The position numbers and the translations under genes were made by a program. The notes under the pieces are model-generated. The model ran no database searches, had not been told where the DNA came from, and saw only the letters and a list, made by a program, of their open reading frames with translations. A stretch of 64,000 nt of DNA from a virus. Its lineage: Duplodnaviria > Caudoviricetes. Positions 49,431-59,749 of this stretch are shown one piece after another (the first letter of the stretch is position 1; each line of letters starts with the position of its first letter). The DNA is taken from the IMG/VR virus record IMGVR_UViG_3300029288_004137, positions 128,001-192,000 of that record. One strand, 5' to 3'.

Positions 49431-52292
49431 TTATTTCTTCAAAGTTTCATTATTAAATGATTTATCAACACCAAAATCAAATTCTAATACTTTCCCTGTT
49501 TTTTTAGATGTAATTCTGATTTTAAAATCTTGCCCAAAAACCGATTTATCTTGCCTACCAAGTTTAACTTCTACTTCATCTTTAACAGTTTCCTTATCAA
49601 CTTCATTAATAAAAGTTTGTTCAAAAGAAGGAACTATTTGTAAATATCTCCTAAAAGATTTAGATAAAACCTTGTTTTTTTCAGAATCAAAATCTACTAC
49701 TTTAATTCTAGGCAAAACTATTCCTTCTTGTTTAAAAATTTCAACTTCATATACTGGAGATGGATTAGAATAATTTTCGTGCTCATCTTTTACTCTAAAA
49801 ATATAATAATATTTTTTATTTGGTTCTATTGTATCTTCTGTTGATACAGAAGAACATTTTGTACCATTTATTATAGAACTTAATGTTATATATTTCTTGT
49901 CAATAAAATCAAAATAACTCTTAGGTTTCTCATCTAATCTAAAGATTTCATATAAAATAGGTATATCGTCACTTGCATAAATTAATTTATCTTCTGTTTT
50001 TCTTTTTTGAGATTTTGCTATCTTTGAAATAAATTCTAAATCTTTAGGATCTGATGTCAAAATAATTGGGTATTGCTCTATTTGCCCAACATTATTAGAT
50101 AAATTGATTAATACTTTATTATCTACTTTTCCATAAGGAACAATTTCAATATTTGGAGAAATAGGAGGAAAATCAAACATATAATTTTCTTCCTCAAAAT
50201 AAGGAACTTCAATTATCCTAAATGCAGGTTTATGCTTTACTAAAACTTTTATATTACTTGTTTCTTCATCGAAAATACTTTTTTCATATGAATATGAAGT
50301 GCCCATTACCATTTGATATGCAAACACTTTATAAGAATATTTTTTTCCATATTTAACTTGTGTATCAATATATTCAAAAACATCCAATTCACTACAATTT
50401 GGAACATAAATATTTTGGTGTTTAACACCATTAACACTCTTTTCAATACGATATAATATTGTTTCCGAATACGCTGTTTTTCCTTCTAACATTTCTCTGA
50501 AAGTTCTATAATATTTTCTGGTGTAATCTTTTAACTTCCCAAAAAAAATCATAGTCATAAAACTTTTATATAAATTAAACTCTTCTCCTCTACCTACCGA
50601 TTCTTTATTTTCTTCTACAGTATTTAAAAATATTCCTTCATCAAACTCAATATTAACATCTAATGAAACATCTCCTGTCGAAATTAAATTATTCATCCAA
50701 GTTTCTAATGAAAAAACTCTATATTTTCCTTTAGAAACAGAAGAAGAAAACTTTTCATTAGTTTCACTGCAAACAATTCCAGTAGAAATATCATACATAT
50801 CTATATCGGGATTAGTCTTATCAATTTGATTGATTAAATAAAAAGACAAAGAATCAGACAGACCAGATTCTTTGAATAAATCAGAAAAAATAGTAGATTT
50901 GTCTGTTGTAAACTTAACTTTCATATTCATTGGAAATAAAGAAGAAAATTCATTTTTTCCAATTAATTTAATTATATTTTTTGAAGAAAATACAATTGTC
51001 TTATACCCATCAGTTATATCAGAATCTTTTACCTTGTTTGAAAAAAGATCACAATATTTCTCTGGTATTTCTTTTTTTTCTTCGTTTGAAAGCAAATAAG
51101 TATAAAAATTTGGTAAAGAATATTCTTCTACTTCTTGACTAGCAATTGCTTTTTCATAACTTTCATGATAATAATTATAACACGTTTCTGCATCTGCTAT
51201 TCTATGAGAATAAGATTCATAACAACTTAAATCATCTGTTGTGTATGGTATTGGGATATTCATAGAATAATTAAAATATTCTTTTTCTCTGGTTAACCAA
51301 AGCATTGTAGCATCTAAAACCCATAACTCTTGACTAAAAATAGATGAATTAACACCTCCTTGTAAAGAATATTTCTCCTTAATAGGTTTTAATAATATTG
51401 CTTCTTCAGTTAAATCTTTATCAATAAGAGAAGTTTGATTAGAATTATTAACTAAACTTTCAGAAACAATCTCATATGGAATATCAAAATATATTTCAAT
51501 CTTTCTTAAAGCATCTAAATCATTGTTTGATGATAAAAGACAATAATCTTTTTCAACTTTTGTCCAATAATATCCAGACAATCTCCTTATATAATCTTTT
51601 ATTTCTTCTTTACCCGTTTGAGAATATACTTCATCTAATTTATCAAAATAATCATATCTCGTTATAAACTTTGACTTATCACAAAAAATAGAATAAGAAG
51701 TCGGTCTTTCCCAACTTTCTTTTTTTTCTATTTTTCCTACAGACATCATTGGTGGAAAAACAGATTTTTTTGCTTCTTTGGCAACTTCCATAAATTGAGT
51801 ATCATCAAACTTTTTAGATTGATCTTCTATAAGTTTATCCATAGAAACAATATTATCATTAACTATTTCTTCTGTATATTGTTGTCCAGTATTAAAAGCA
51901 ACACCTTGCTGAACATTCTGATTTGGCAAACCAGGCACACCATCAAATTTTTGTATCTCTTTACCTGGATTCCAATATTTGTCTGTTTTTACTTCAGAAT
52001 TTGTTAATTTTTCATCTGTTTTCTCAAGAATCTTTAATTCTGCTTTTGCAGTTGCTTTTGCTTTTTCTTGATCATTCTTAATTTTTGATTGTTCCGCTTT
52101 TAATTTTTCTTGATCGTTCTGATTCTTTTTTGTATTTGTATTTGATAAAGGTACATAAGCATCATATTTAACTTTACTAAGTTTATGCGCAATCTTTGCA
52201 TGATCATACATTGCATCTATACTTTTTAATTCTTTTGAACATACTTTACATTTATAAACAGGAAGAGATCCTGGTTTTTTACCTTTATCCAT
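49431..52292 (-). CDS. large hypothetical protein with N-terminal C2H2 finger and Fn3-like C-terminal segments
   Basis: CKVC...HAKIAH; DTQVKYGKKYSYKV and IEPNKKYYYIFR...NYSNPS. Confidence 0.55.
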   Translation of the reverse strand: MDKGKKPGSLPVYKCKVCSKELKSIDAMYDHAKIAHKLSKVKYDAYVPLSNTNTKKNQNDQEKLKAEQSKIKNDQEKAKATAKAELKILEKTDEKLTNSEVKTDKYWNPGKEIQKFDGVPGLPNQNVQQGVAFNTGQQYTEEIVNDNIVSMDKLIEDQSKKFDDTQFMEVAKEAKKSVFPPMMSVGKIEKKESWERPTSYSIFCDKSKFITRYDYFDKLDEVYSQTGKEEIKDYIRRLSGYYWTKVEKDYCLLSSNNDLDALRKIEIYFDIPYEIVSESLVNNSNQTSLIDKDLTEEAILLKPIKEKYSLQGGVNSSIFSQELWVLDATMLWLTREKEYFNYSMNIPIPYTTDDLSCYESYSHRIADAETCYNYYHESYEKAIASQEVEEYSLPNFYTYLLSNEEKKEIPEKYCDLFSNKVKDSDITDGYKTIVFSSKNIIKLIGKNEFSSLFPMNMKVKFTTDKSTIFSDLFKESGLSDSLSFYLINQIDKTNPDIDMYDISTGIVCSETNEKFSSSVSKGKYRVFSLETWMNNLISTGDVSLDVNIEFDEGIFLNTVEENKESVGRGEEFNLYKSFMTMIFFGKLKDYTRKYYRTFREMLEGKTAYSETILYRIEKSVNGVKHQNIYVPNCSELDVFEYIDTQVKYGKKYSYKVFAYQMVMGTSYSYEKSIFDEETSNIKVLVKHKPAFRIIEVPYFEEENYMFDFPPISPNIEIVPYGKVDNKVLINLSNNVGQIEQYPIILTSDPKDLEFISKIAKSQKRKTEDKLIYASDDIPILYEIFRLDEKPKSYFDFIDKKYITLSSIINGTKCSSVSTEDTIEPNKKYYYIFRVKDEHENYSNPSPVYEVEIFKQEGIVLPRIKVVDFDSEKNKVLSKSFRRYLQIVPSFEQTFINEVDKETVKDEVEVKLGRQDKSVFGQDFKIRITSKKTGKVLEFDFGVDKSFNNETLKK

Positions 52293-53251
52293 TATTTATC
52301 CTCTATCTTTTTTTCAATAGAATCATCTAAACTTATTGTAAACACAGAACCTAAATTCGTTGAAGGTCTTAAAGAATCACTTGAATCTTGAAACAATTCA
52401 GGATCTTTAACTTGATCTAATTTTGCAATTATTTCTCCTCCAAGAGATTTATAAGATTCTAAACGCTCAATCGTCAAAGATTCCCAAATAGGTCTTTTCA
52501 TATTTACATTTCCCAACCCATCTTTTTCAAATCCAGATAACATTTTAACATTCATCATGTTTTCTTTCTTTATTGTTGACCCATCTGAAATCAATTCATT
52601 AACTTTTTCTGAACTTTTTTTCTTGTCATCTACTGTTTTATATGTTCCTTTTTTACTCAAAGAAATCCTAGATTTACCGTTTATTCTAAATCTTTTATCT
52701 GGTATTATTTTTTCTGAGAATCTCTTTATATTCTCATCAGAGATAGTACATCCTGTTTCTTTTCTATTATTTCTGTTCATAATTTCTTTAGCAGAATCTA
52801 CGACATCACTTGTTTTAACTGTAGTTTCAGAATCTTCAGCAGACAAAGAGTCTTGTGTATAAATAACATTATCAGATCTAACTGCTTTTGATAATTTTCT
52901 AGTTTTCATTTTTATTGAAAATCCTAAAGATTTGTTAATACAGTCTAATTGCGCTATCACTTCTGTTGAATTTTCTCTCAAAAATTCTTCATTAATACCT
53001 GCTTTTTTCATAATGACTCTTGTGCTAAGTTCATCATTAACCTTTTTATTTTCTATATAAGATTCCTCTTTCTTTATAACACTTTCAGAATTACTACCTG
53101 TTTTAATCCTATCTGGTGTTAAAATTATTTCTGCATTATTATCTGTAATTCCCATTGCCTTAAATAACTTATTTATAGTAGTTTTATCAAAAACTTCTAC
53201 CGAAAGATCTTCGTCTTCGTTTATAGATGAATCTATCTGAGAATAAAACAT
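52292..53251 (-). CDS. hypothetical protein
   Basis: 319-aa ORF with SD GGAG. Confidence 0.55.
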   Translation of the reverse strand: MFYSQIDSSINEDEDLSVEVFDKTTINKLFKAMGITDNNAEIILTPDRIKTGSNSESVIKKEESYIENKKVNDELSTRVIMKKAGINEEFLRENSTEVIAQLDCINKSLGFSIKMKTRKLSKAVRSDNVIYTQDSLSAEDSETTVKTSDVVDSAKEIMNRNNRKETGCTISDENIKRFSEKIIPDKRFRINGKSRISLSKKGTYKTVDDKKKSSEKVNELISDGSTIKKENMMNVKMLSGFEKDGLGNVNMKRPIWESLTIERLESYKSLGGEIIAKLDQVKDPELFQDSSDSLRPSTNLGSVFTISLDDSIEKKIEDK

Positions 53252-53260
53252 TAATTCTCC

Positions 53261-55048
53261 TTAAAATATATCATAAATGTTTTCTACATTTTCTTCTAAA
53301 TGATCCAAAACATATACGTCTTTATTAAACCACGCTTCACATCTTATTATACCCTTAAGAATATTTGAAGATTTGTTGTTGCTCATAGGTAAATATTCAC
53401 CTGATCTTTCAGAACTCCCAGAATCATTATTAAATATAGTATTTGTTACATTCATATAAAAATTTCTCATAATATTCAACGTTTTTTCAACACCTTCTAT
53501 ATTTCCAGTTTCAGGATCACTTATCTTTGATAATAAATCAAGTAGATAAGTTTGGTTATGATTAAATGAATTTTCTCCAAATAAACTAAAAATAGTTTGA
53601 AAAAAAGAATTAACATTTACAATCCACGGAGAATCGTGACCATATTTTTCTCTCGCATGTTCTGCAAATATTTTAGTAAAAGAATTAGTGTTTGAATCTA
53701 TATATCCTGATGTTTTTTTTATTTTTATGTCTTTTTCAAATCCCATATCTATATGAGGATTCTGATAACCTTCTTGAATTGATGTAATTGGCATAGAATT
53801 AGCAAACTTATAATATTCTTCAAATTTAGTTAAATCTTTTTGCATAATTTCTATAAATCCATTTATAAATTTAAAAATTGGATCTTCTATAACTAACTTA
53901 ACCCCATATTGATATATACCATTTTTATGATTTTTCATTTCTTTATCTTGTACTTTAAAAATACGAAACCTAGTATCAGATAAAAAACCAACATTAGGAT
54001 TATCTGCTTGATAAATACAACCAAATACTGAATGAACAATCTTTACTTTATTTGTTGTATTATCAGAAGCAGTTATTATTAACGATAAAGGTGATTCGCT
54101 CGTATTTTTACTATTCCAATTTTCTAAATAAGGAGTATCACACTTGTTTAAAGAGTTTTTAACTTCAATTCTTCTTCTAAGAATCTCTATATAATAAATT
54201 TTTGTATTCTCTATTAAAGGTTTTAAAGTACTACCAGAAATTTCAAATAATTTGGGATATGCAGAGTTTTTTTGTAAAATCTGCTGCATATCTAATATAA
54301 AATCAAAAAGTATAAGTTCATTTACGTTTTTCGTTAAAGATATATCAGATGGAACAAAATCAGATTTCCATTTGTTTTTATATTTTTCTATAACTTCTGT
54401 ATTGAAAGAACTAAAAAAATTTGTTTCCAAATTAATAAAATCTTTTGTTAAATTCATTGTATCTAAACTTTTTTCAACTTTTCTATAATCTTCAACACGA
54501 CTATCAACTGGAGTTCCTTTGACGAGAACATCAAAAAAATAAATACTAGAATGAGATATAGGATTGTTAGAATCAAAAGCAAACCCAAATTCTTCTGTCA
54601 TTGCCTTTAAATCAAATCTAACTACATAAAACAATGTAACATTCTGCTTTATACTAGGAACATCAAATTCTTTCAAGAAAGAAGTTCTATATATATTTTT
54701 GCCATCTTTTCTGTCTAAAACAAAATTTAATATATTTGAATTAATATCCAAACTTATAATTTTAATATTTGAATTTTCTTTTTCTAATTTAAGAATCGCA
54801 CTAGGATCTTTTTTAAAAATATCCATCCCATCTGTATATTGATTGAACAATACCAATTTCAAATATTTAAATATCTTTTCATTACCAATAAAATTTGCAA
54901 TTGTATTAGTTGTAAACTGTTCTTCTATTGAAATAAGATATTGAATCTTTGATGTCACACCATCACTATATATCGATACTCTATCAATAGAGACTGATGG
55001 GAAAAATGAATCTATAATTTGTTGCTGTGTCATTTTTTCCATTAACAA
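53261..55048 (-). CDS. hypothetical protein
   Basis: 595-aa ORF coupled to the upstream gene. Confidence 0.55.
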   Translation of the reverse strand: MLMEKMTQQQIIDSFFPSVSIDRVSIYSDGVTSKIQYLISIEEQFTTNTIANFIGNEKIFKYLKLVLFNQYTDGMDIFKKDPSAILKLEKENSNIKIISLDINSNILNFVLDRKDGKNIYRTSFLKEFDVPSIKQNVTLFYVVRFDLKAMTEEFGFAFDSNNPISHSSIYFFDVLVKGTPVDSRVEDYRKVEKSLDTMNLTKDFINLETNFFSSFNTEVIEKYKNKWKSDFVPSDISLTKNVNELILFDFILDMQQILQKNSAYPKLFEISGSTLKPLIENTKIYYIEILRRRIEVKNSLNKCDTPYLENWNSKNTSESPLSLIITASDNTTNKVKIVHSVFGCIYQADNPNVGFLSDTRFRIFKVQDKEMKNHKNGIYQYGVKLVIEDPIFKFINGFIEIMQKDLTKFEEYYKFANSMPITSIQEGYQNPHIDMGFEKDIKIKKTSGYIDSNTNSFTKIFAEHAREKYGHDSPWIVNVNSFFQTIFSLFGENSFNHNQTYLLDLLSKISDPETGNIEGVEKTLNIMRNFYMNVTNTIFNNDSGSSERSGEYLPMSNNKSSNILKGIIRCEAWFNKDVYVLDHLEENVENIYDIF

Positions 55049-55992
55049 ACATCTCCAAATGTTTTATCACTTTGAACAACTTTATATTTGTTATTTTGTT
55101 GTTCTTTGATAGTTGATAATAAAATATCCGAATCAACTTCTCTATCTACATACAAATCAAAATAATAATCTATGTTTTCTTCATCTAAATTTTCTTTAAT
55201 AATAAAACTATTTTCTGTATCCTTCTTAAAATATAAAGGAATTAATTCTTCTTTCTCTACATTATTAACTACTGTTAATTCTTTCCTAAAAACTTCTATA
55301 TCAAAATTATCACTATCAAATGAAACATTTTTTTCTTGTATATCTAAAAGAATAAAATCACTTTCTATTTCTAAAAATGTTCCATCCTTATATGTCTTTG
55401 ATCTTGCTGATGAATCATTTGATTCTACATCTAAATCATCAGTCCATATTTCTTTTTCAGATCTTTCTTTTATAGATCCATATCCTTCTTTAACATACGT
55501 TCTATAAATTATATCTTCCATTGTTATCTGAGGTTTCTTTAAACAGAAATTTGTATATTGAGAAGATGTTTGAACTGAACTTATTTTTCCCTTCCTTGCC
55601 AAAACTCTCCATGCAGGATAATACACATTTCCTAAATCTGAACTTCCTAGTGGTTTAGAAAGGAAATCCGTCATTTCTACAGGTATTCTCTTAACTACAT
55701 CATTCAATGTGCTATTACTACTAAGCATTTGTTGTGTAGCTTTTCTTATTCTATCTTCAGAACTTTCAAAATCATATAAAGATTTTATTCTTATAGTTTC
55801 ATCAAAAATTCTATCTTCGATATCATTCTGAAGTTCTACAGAAGAACCAGACAAATATCTAATGTCATAAATTATATCATCATCAAAAAAACTATAATAT
55901 GACGGTTTAAACAACCCTTGAGAAATAAGATGCTTACCATAAGGTGTTAATTGAAAATCAATAACTTCTTCTTTATTATCAAACAAAGGCAT
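55042..55992 (-). CDS. putative virion structural protein
   Basis: FDNKEEVIDFQLTPYGK...FKPSYYSFFDDDIIY resembles the N-terminus of 48470..49375. Confidence 0.5.
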   Translation of the reverse strand: MPLFDNKEEVIDFQLTPYGKHLISQGLFKPSYYSFFDDDIIYDIRYLSGSSVELQNDIEDRIFDETIRIKSLYDFESSEDRIRKATQQMLSSNSTLNDVVKRIPVEMTDFLSKPLGSSDLGNVYYPAWRVLARKGKISSVQTSSQYTNFCLKKPQITMEDIIYRTYVKEGYGSIKERSEKEIWTDDLDVESNDSSARSKTYKDGTFLEIESDFILLDIQEKNVSFDSDNFDIEVFRKELTVVNNVEKEELIPLYFKKDTENSFIIKENLDEENIDYYFDLYVDREVDSDILLSTIKEQQNNKYKVVQSDKTFGDVC

Positions 55993-55995
55993 ACA

Positions 55996-58900
55996 TTATT
56001 CCTCTTCTATATCAAAATCATATTCTTTATTCATATATACCTTCTGATTTTCATCTGGTTTTTTATCAATTATCAATTGCCCATCAATTTTTACTGATTC
56101 AACTAAAGAACAAAAATCATAAGGCCAATTATAATTATATTCCAATGTTGAAAAATCTTGCATATTTTTAAATTTAAATTTAAAACGATTATCATCAAAA
56201 GAATCTGCTGTAACTTCATAATAACTCTTCAAAGCTTTTTGCTTTACTTTAAAGATTAACCATCTTAAATCTTTAGGTAATTTCTTACCATGAAAAAACT
56301 CTTTTTTAGACAAAGGATGAGTTATAACATACTCATCTTTTTGTGCAACTTTTGCAATATTAGGCATTTGTCCTTGCCAAATATTTTTCAAATCATTTTT
56401 ACTAAAAACATGATGAAAATCAAAAACATACATAACAAAAGGAACAATATCATGATATCTAATAAAATCTAATTCAGGAGGGAAATTGAATAAACTCATT
56501 TTAGAAATTAAAGCAGATATAGATGTTGAAATATTTGTTTCACTTTTTGCTTTATTAAATTCTTCTTTATCTATTTTAATAAAATGTTTCCCTACAATCT
56601 CTGTTGTTTCTACATATCCAGGTTCATTAAATGAATAATCTAAAAATGGTACTAAAACAACCGCTTCCGACATTATCGTGTTCTCTGCTAATTTACCTAC
56701 TTGCTCTTGTTTCTTTTCAAACCCAACTAAATCAATTAAACTCTTATAAAGAATTTCATTCTCAGTTTTAATATTTAAATCTTTTATAGATAAAAAGATA
56801 CCTTCTTTATTATTAGGAATTTGTCCATATCCACCCCACATACCAACACCATTAACAACTTTAATAGTTTCCCCATTAATATAAGCAGATTCAAACCCCT
56901 CATTGTCTTCATTGTTAAAATTTAAAACAGGACATTCTGCTTTCAAATAAATTGCCCATCTATCATTCTCGTTTGATGTTGTATCTTTTATAGCAACAGG
57001 ACCACCATTATCATTGTATTCTACTTCTTTTTGTCTTACCAACCCCTTAAAATTAACAGAAGCCGATAAAGACATTTTTTCTAAATATGCTAATGTGGTT
57101 AAATAATTGTTTGGATTCGGTGTAGCATCTGGATATGCTGAATAATAAGTTTTAAAATTAGTTTCTTGTTCTCTATTCATTTCAACAAATTGTAATTCAG
57201 AAAATATTTCACTTAATGTATATTTTTTATTTTCTTTTGCTTGAAAAAAGAAAGCAATTTCAGAAGTACCATAAAAATATGGAGGACAATAAGGCGCATA
57301 CATCGGGTCCGTATTGATTTGAACTGGTGAAGGACTACTAGAAGAATATGCAAATTTACAAGGAGGACCAAAATAAGAACCAGATGTACCAGAAATATAA
57401 TTTTGAATAAACATATCAAAACCGTTTGTTTTTTTCAAATCAACCAAAGAAATATAATAAGTCCCCGATTCACATACCTGAAACTCATTTTGCTTCTTAG
57501 ATAAAAATGTTGTATATCCTCTTTTTTCTAAAAAGAAATTAGCAGTCTCAGCTAAAAAGTTATTAATAGCCATCGTATAAAGTGGTAAATTATGCCCTGT
57601 CCAAGTAAAATATGGATATTTATTAACATATTGAGATGTATTATGATGAAGATTAGTAGGATTTAAATAAAGTATTTGACTTTTTTCATCATCATTCTCA
57701 TGCAAGGATGAATCATAACTATTCCCTTTCTTTATCATATAATTTTCTGGATTTATTAAAGCTTCAAAAGGAAATCTATGATTTGATCCACTTTCAAGTA
57801 TATAAATATAATTTTGATTCTGCACGTCTGCATCTACTAAATAACTTTCTGTCAAATAACTTTGCATAGAATTACTATCGGATGGAACTTCTGATCCTGT
57901 ATAAAACATCCAATCAACCGCAACCCCAGATTTAATAAAATTATAAAAAATTCCAGGAGCAAAAAATGGTTGCAATAATGATTGTTTTGTTAATGCTCTG
58001 TCCGAAGTAGATGATTGCCATGATCCACTCCCTTCAACATATGGAAAATAAGAATCATAAAACAACTTAACTAATTGAATACTTCTATCCATTGGATAAA
58101 ATCCATTATATGGTAAAAGTTTTTTAATAGCACTAACCTTTAAAGAAAAAATCTTTTCGCCATACCCTTTATAATCTTCTTCCACTTTACTTAAATTTTT
58201 AAATAAATCAGAATGAGCATATAAATCAAAAAAATCTTCATCATAATTTATATAATCATCTGAACTACAAGAAACTCTCGAAATAAATCCTCCACCTTTC
58301 ACTTCTAAAAATTTTTTGTTATTTGTTCTAAAATTTCCACCATTGTTAATAATATAATATTCCATATGATTTGAAATATTAAACTCTGGTATTATACCAT
58401 AATTTTGACCTATTGGTTTTGTATCAGATGAATAATCTGAATAACTGTCATACCATTTTTTTTCACCAGAAATTAAATCTGTAAAATATGTTATTCCAAG
58501 ATCCACCCATGAATATCCAGACATCTTATTTAAATTATGTGAATAACAATACAAAGGTCCAGCCATACAATCTACTGAAGCAGCACCAATCACATCATAC
58601 ATATACCACGTATCGAATAAAAATCCTAAATCTCCACGAACAAATCCTAAATTATCATAGTCATATGTTGTATCCATAGAATTAAATGAATTATTAAAAC
58701 CTCCCCACCCTGGCATCTGCCAAACATAACTTGCAGTAGCACATTCATCAATACAAGTTAATGAATCTTCTGGTCTCTTCCTTTCAACAAGTTCATCTCT
58801 CCAAATCGTTCTTAATAATGCAGAATTAATACTTTTTTCACCTGTTTCTGTTGTTTCCCCATAATATATTCTATCTCTATTATACCAAGAACCTACATGT

Positions 58901-59712
58901 ATATGTTTTGGATATATTGTTTCAATATAAGAAATATAATCAAATTCAAATTCATCTGTTTCGTCTTTTACTTTATAATAAAAACTATCATACACTAAAT
59001 CTTTATTTAGTTCTAATTGTAATGCCTCATTTATTTCTTCATTAGCAAATTTTTGTTCTTCGTTAAAATAAGAATATAAAACACTGGCATTAAAATATTG
59101 TTCTGGATGCAAATCTTTTATCGGTATTTGTTTTACACCAGGAATAGAAGGATCTACTCTAACAATAAATCCTTGTTCTACAGGGTGATTCCACGATACT
59201 ACTGGTTCTATATATGTTGAAGTAGAATCAAAAACACCTTTAATCCCAGAACTCTCATCTATTTTAATTCCATCACGAATTGACATATAATTATATCGTC
59301 TATTCCATTTATTTTCATACATATCACCAACTCTAACCTGTTTCCACGATGGATATGTATAATGATTATGTGGTAATATAACACAAGTTGGATTGTTGTT
59401 TTGCATAACTAATTTTGGAATACCAACAGAATTTGTATTCCCTATTACAGAAACATAATCTAAATTTGGATAATCCGTTTCATAAAAACTTATCCTTTCC
59501 CCCTCAAAGTCATCAAAAGAAGAATCATCAATTGAAGCAGTCATCCAAGCATATTGAATATCAGATCTAGGTATTTGATGTTGAACAAAATAATTATCAT
59601 AACAACTTTTTGTAGAAACAGATAAAGAACCAGAAGCAAACTTAATATATCTATTTCTATTTATTTTACTTGTTGGAACACTTTGAGTTATTACTGTTAT
59701 AGTTATAGGCAT
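55996..59712 (-). CDS. large putative baseplate/virion protein
   Basis: 1238-aa aromatic/Ser-rich ORF in the structural block; ends YNWPYDFCSLVE. Confidence 0.55.
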   Translation of the reverse strand: MPITITVITQSVPTSKINRNRYIKFASGSLSVSTKSCYDNYFVQHQIPRSDIQYAWMTASIDDSSFDDFEGERISFYETDYPNLDYVSVIGNTNSVGIPKLVMQNNNPTCVILPHNHYTYPSWKQVRVGDMYENKWNRRYNYMSIRDGIKIDESSGIKGVFDSTSTYIEPVVSWNHPVEQGFIVRVDPSIPGVKQIPIKDLHPEQYFNASVLYSYFNEEQKFANEEINEALQLELNKDLVYDSFYYKVKDETDEFEFDYISYIETIYPKHIHVGSWYNRDRIYYGETTETGEKSINSALLRTIWRDELVERKRPEDSLTCIDECATASYVWQMPGWGGFNNSFNSMDTTYDYDNLGFVRGDLGFLFDTWYMYDVIGAASVDCMAGPLYCYSHNLNKMSGYSWVDLGITYFTDLISGEKKWYDSYSDYSSDTKPIGQNYGIIPEFNISNHMEYYIINNGGNFRTNNKKFLEVKGGGFISRVSCSSDDYINYDEDFFDLYAHSDLFKNLSKVEEDYKGYGEKIFSLKVSAIKKLLPYNGFYPMDRSIQLVKLFYDSYFPYVEGSGSWQSSTSDRALTKQSLLQPFFAPGIFYNFIKSGVAVDWMFYTGSEVPSDSNSMQSYLTESYLVDADVQNQNYIYILESGSNHRFPFEALINPENYMIKKGNSYDSSLHENDDEKSQILYLNPTNLHHNTSQYVNKYPYFTWTGHNLPLYTMAINNFLAETANFFLEKRGYTTFLSKKQNEFQVCESGTYYISLVDLKKTNGFDMFIQNYISGTSGSYFGPPCKFAYSSSSPSPVQINTDPMYAPYCPPYFYGTSEIAFFFQAKENKKYTLSEIFSELQFVEMNREQETNFKTYYSAYPDATPNPNNYLTTLAYLEKMSLSASVNFKGLVRQKEVEYNDNGGPVAIKDTTSNENDRWAIYLKAECPVLNFNNEDNEGFESAYINGETIKVVNGVGMWGGYGQIPNNKEGIFLSIKDLNIKTENEILYKSLIDLVGFEKKQEQVGKLAENTIMSEAVVLVPFLDYSFNEPGYVETTEIVGKHFIKIDKEEFNKAKSETNISTSISALISKMSLFNFPPELDFIRYHDIVPFVMYVFDFHHVFSKNDLKNIWQGQMPNIAKVAQKDEYVITHPLSKKEFFHGKKLPKDLRWLIFKVKQKALKSYYEVTADSFDDNRFKFKFKNMQDFSTLEYNYNWPYDFCSLVESVKIDGQLIIDKKPDENQKVYMNKEYDFDIEEE

Positions 59713-59749
59713 TATTTCCTCATACTTTTACATTATATAATATATATCA

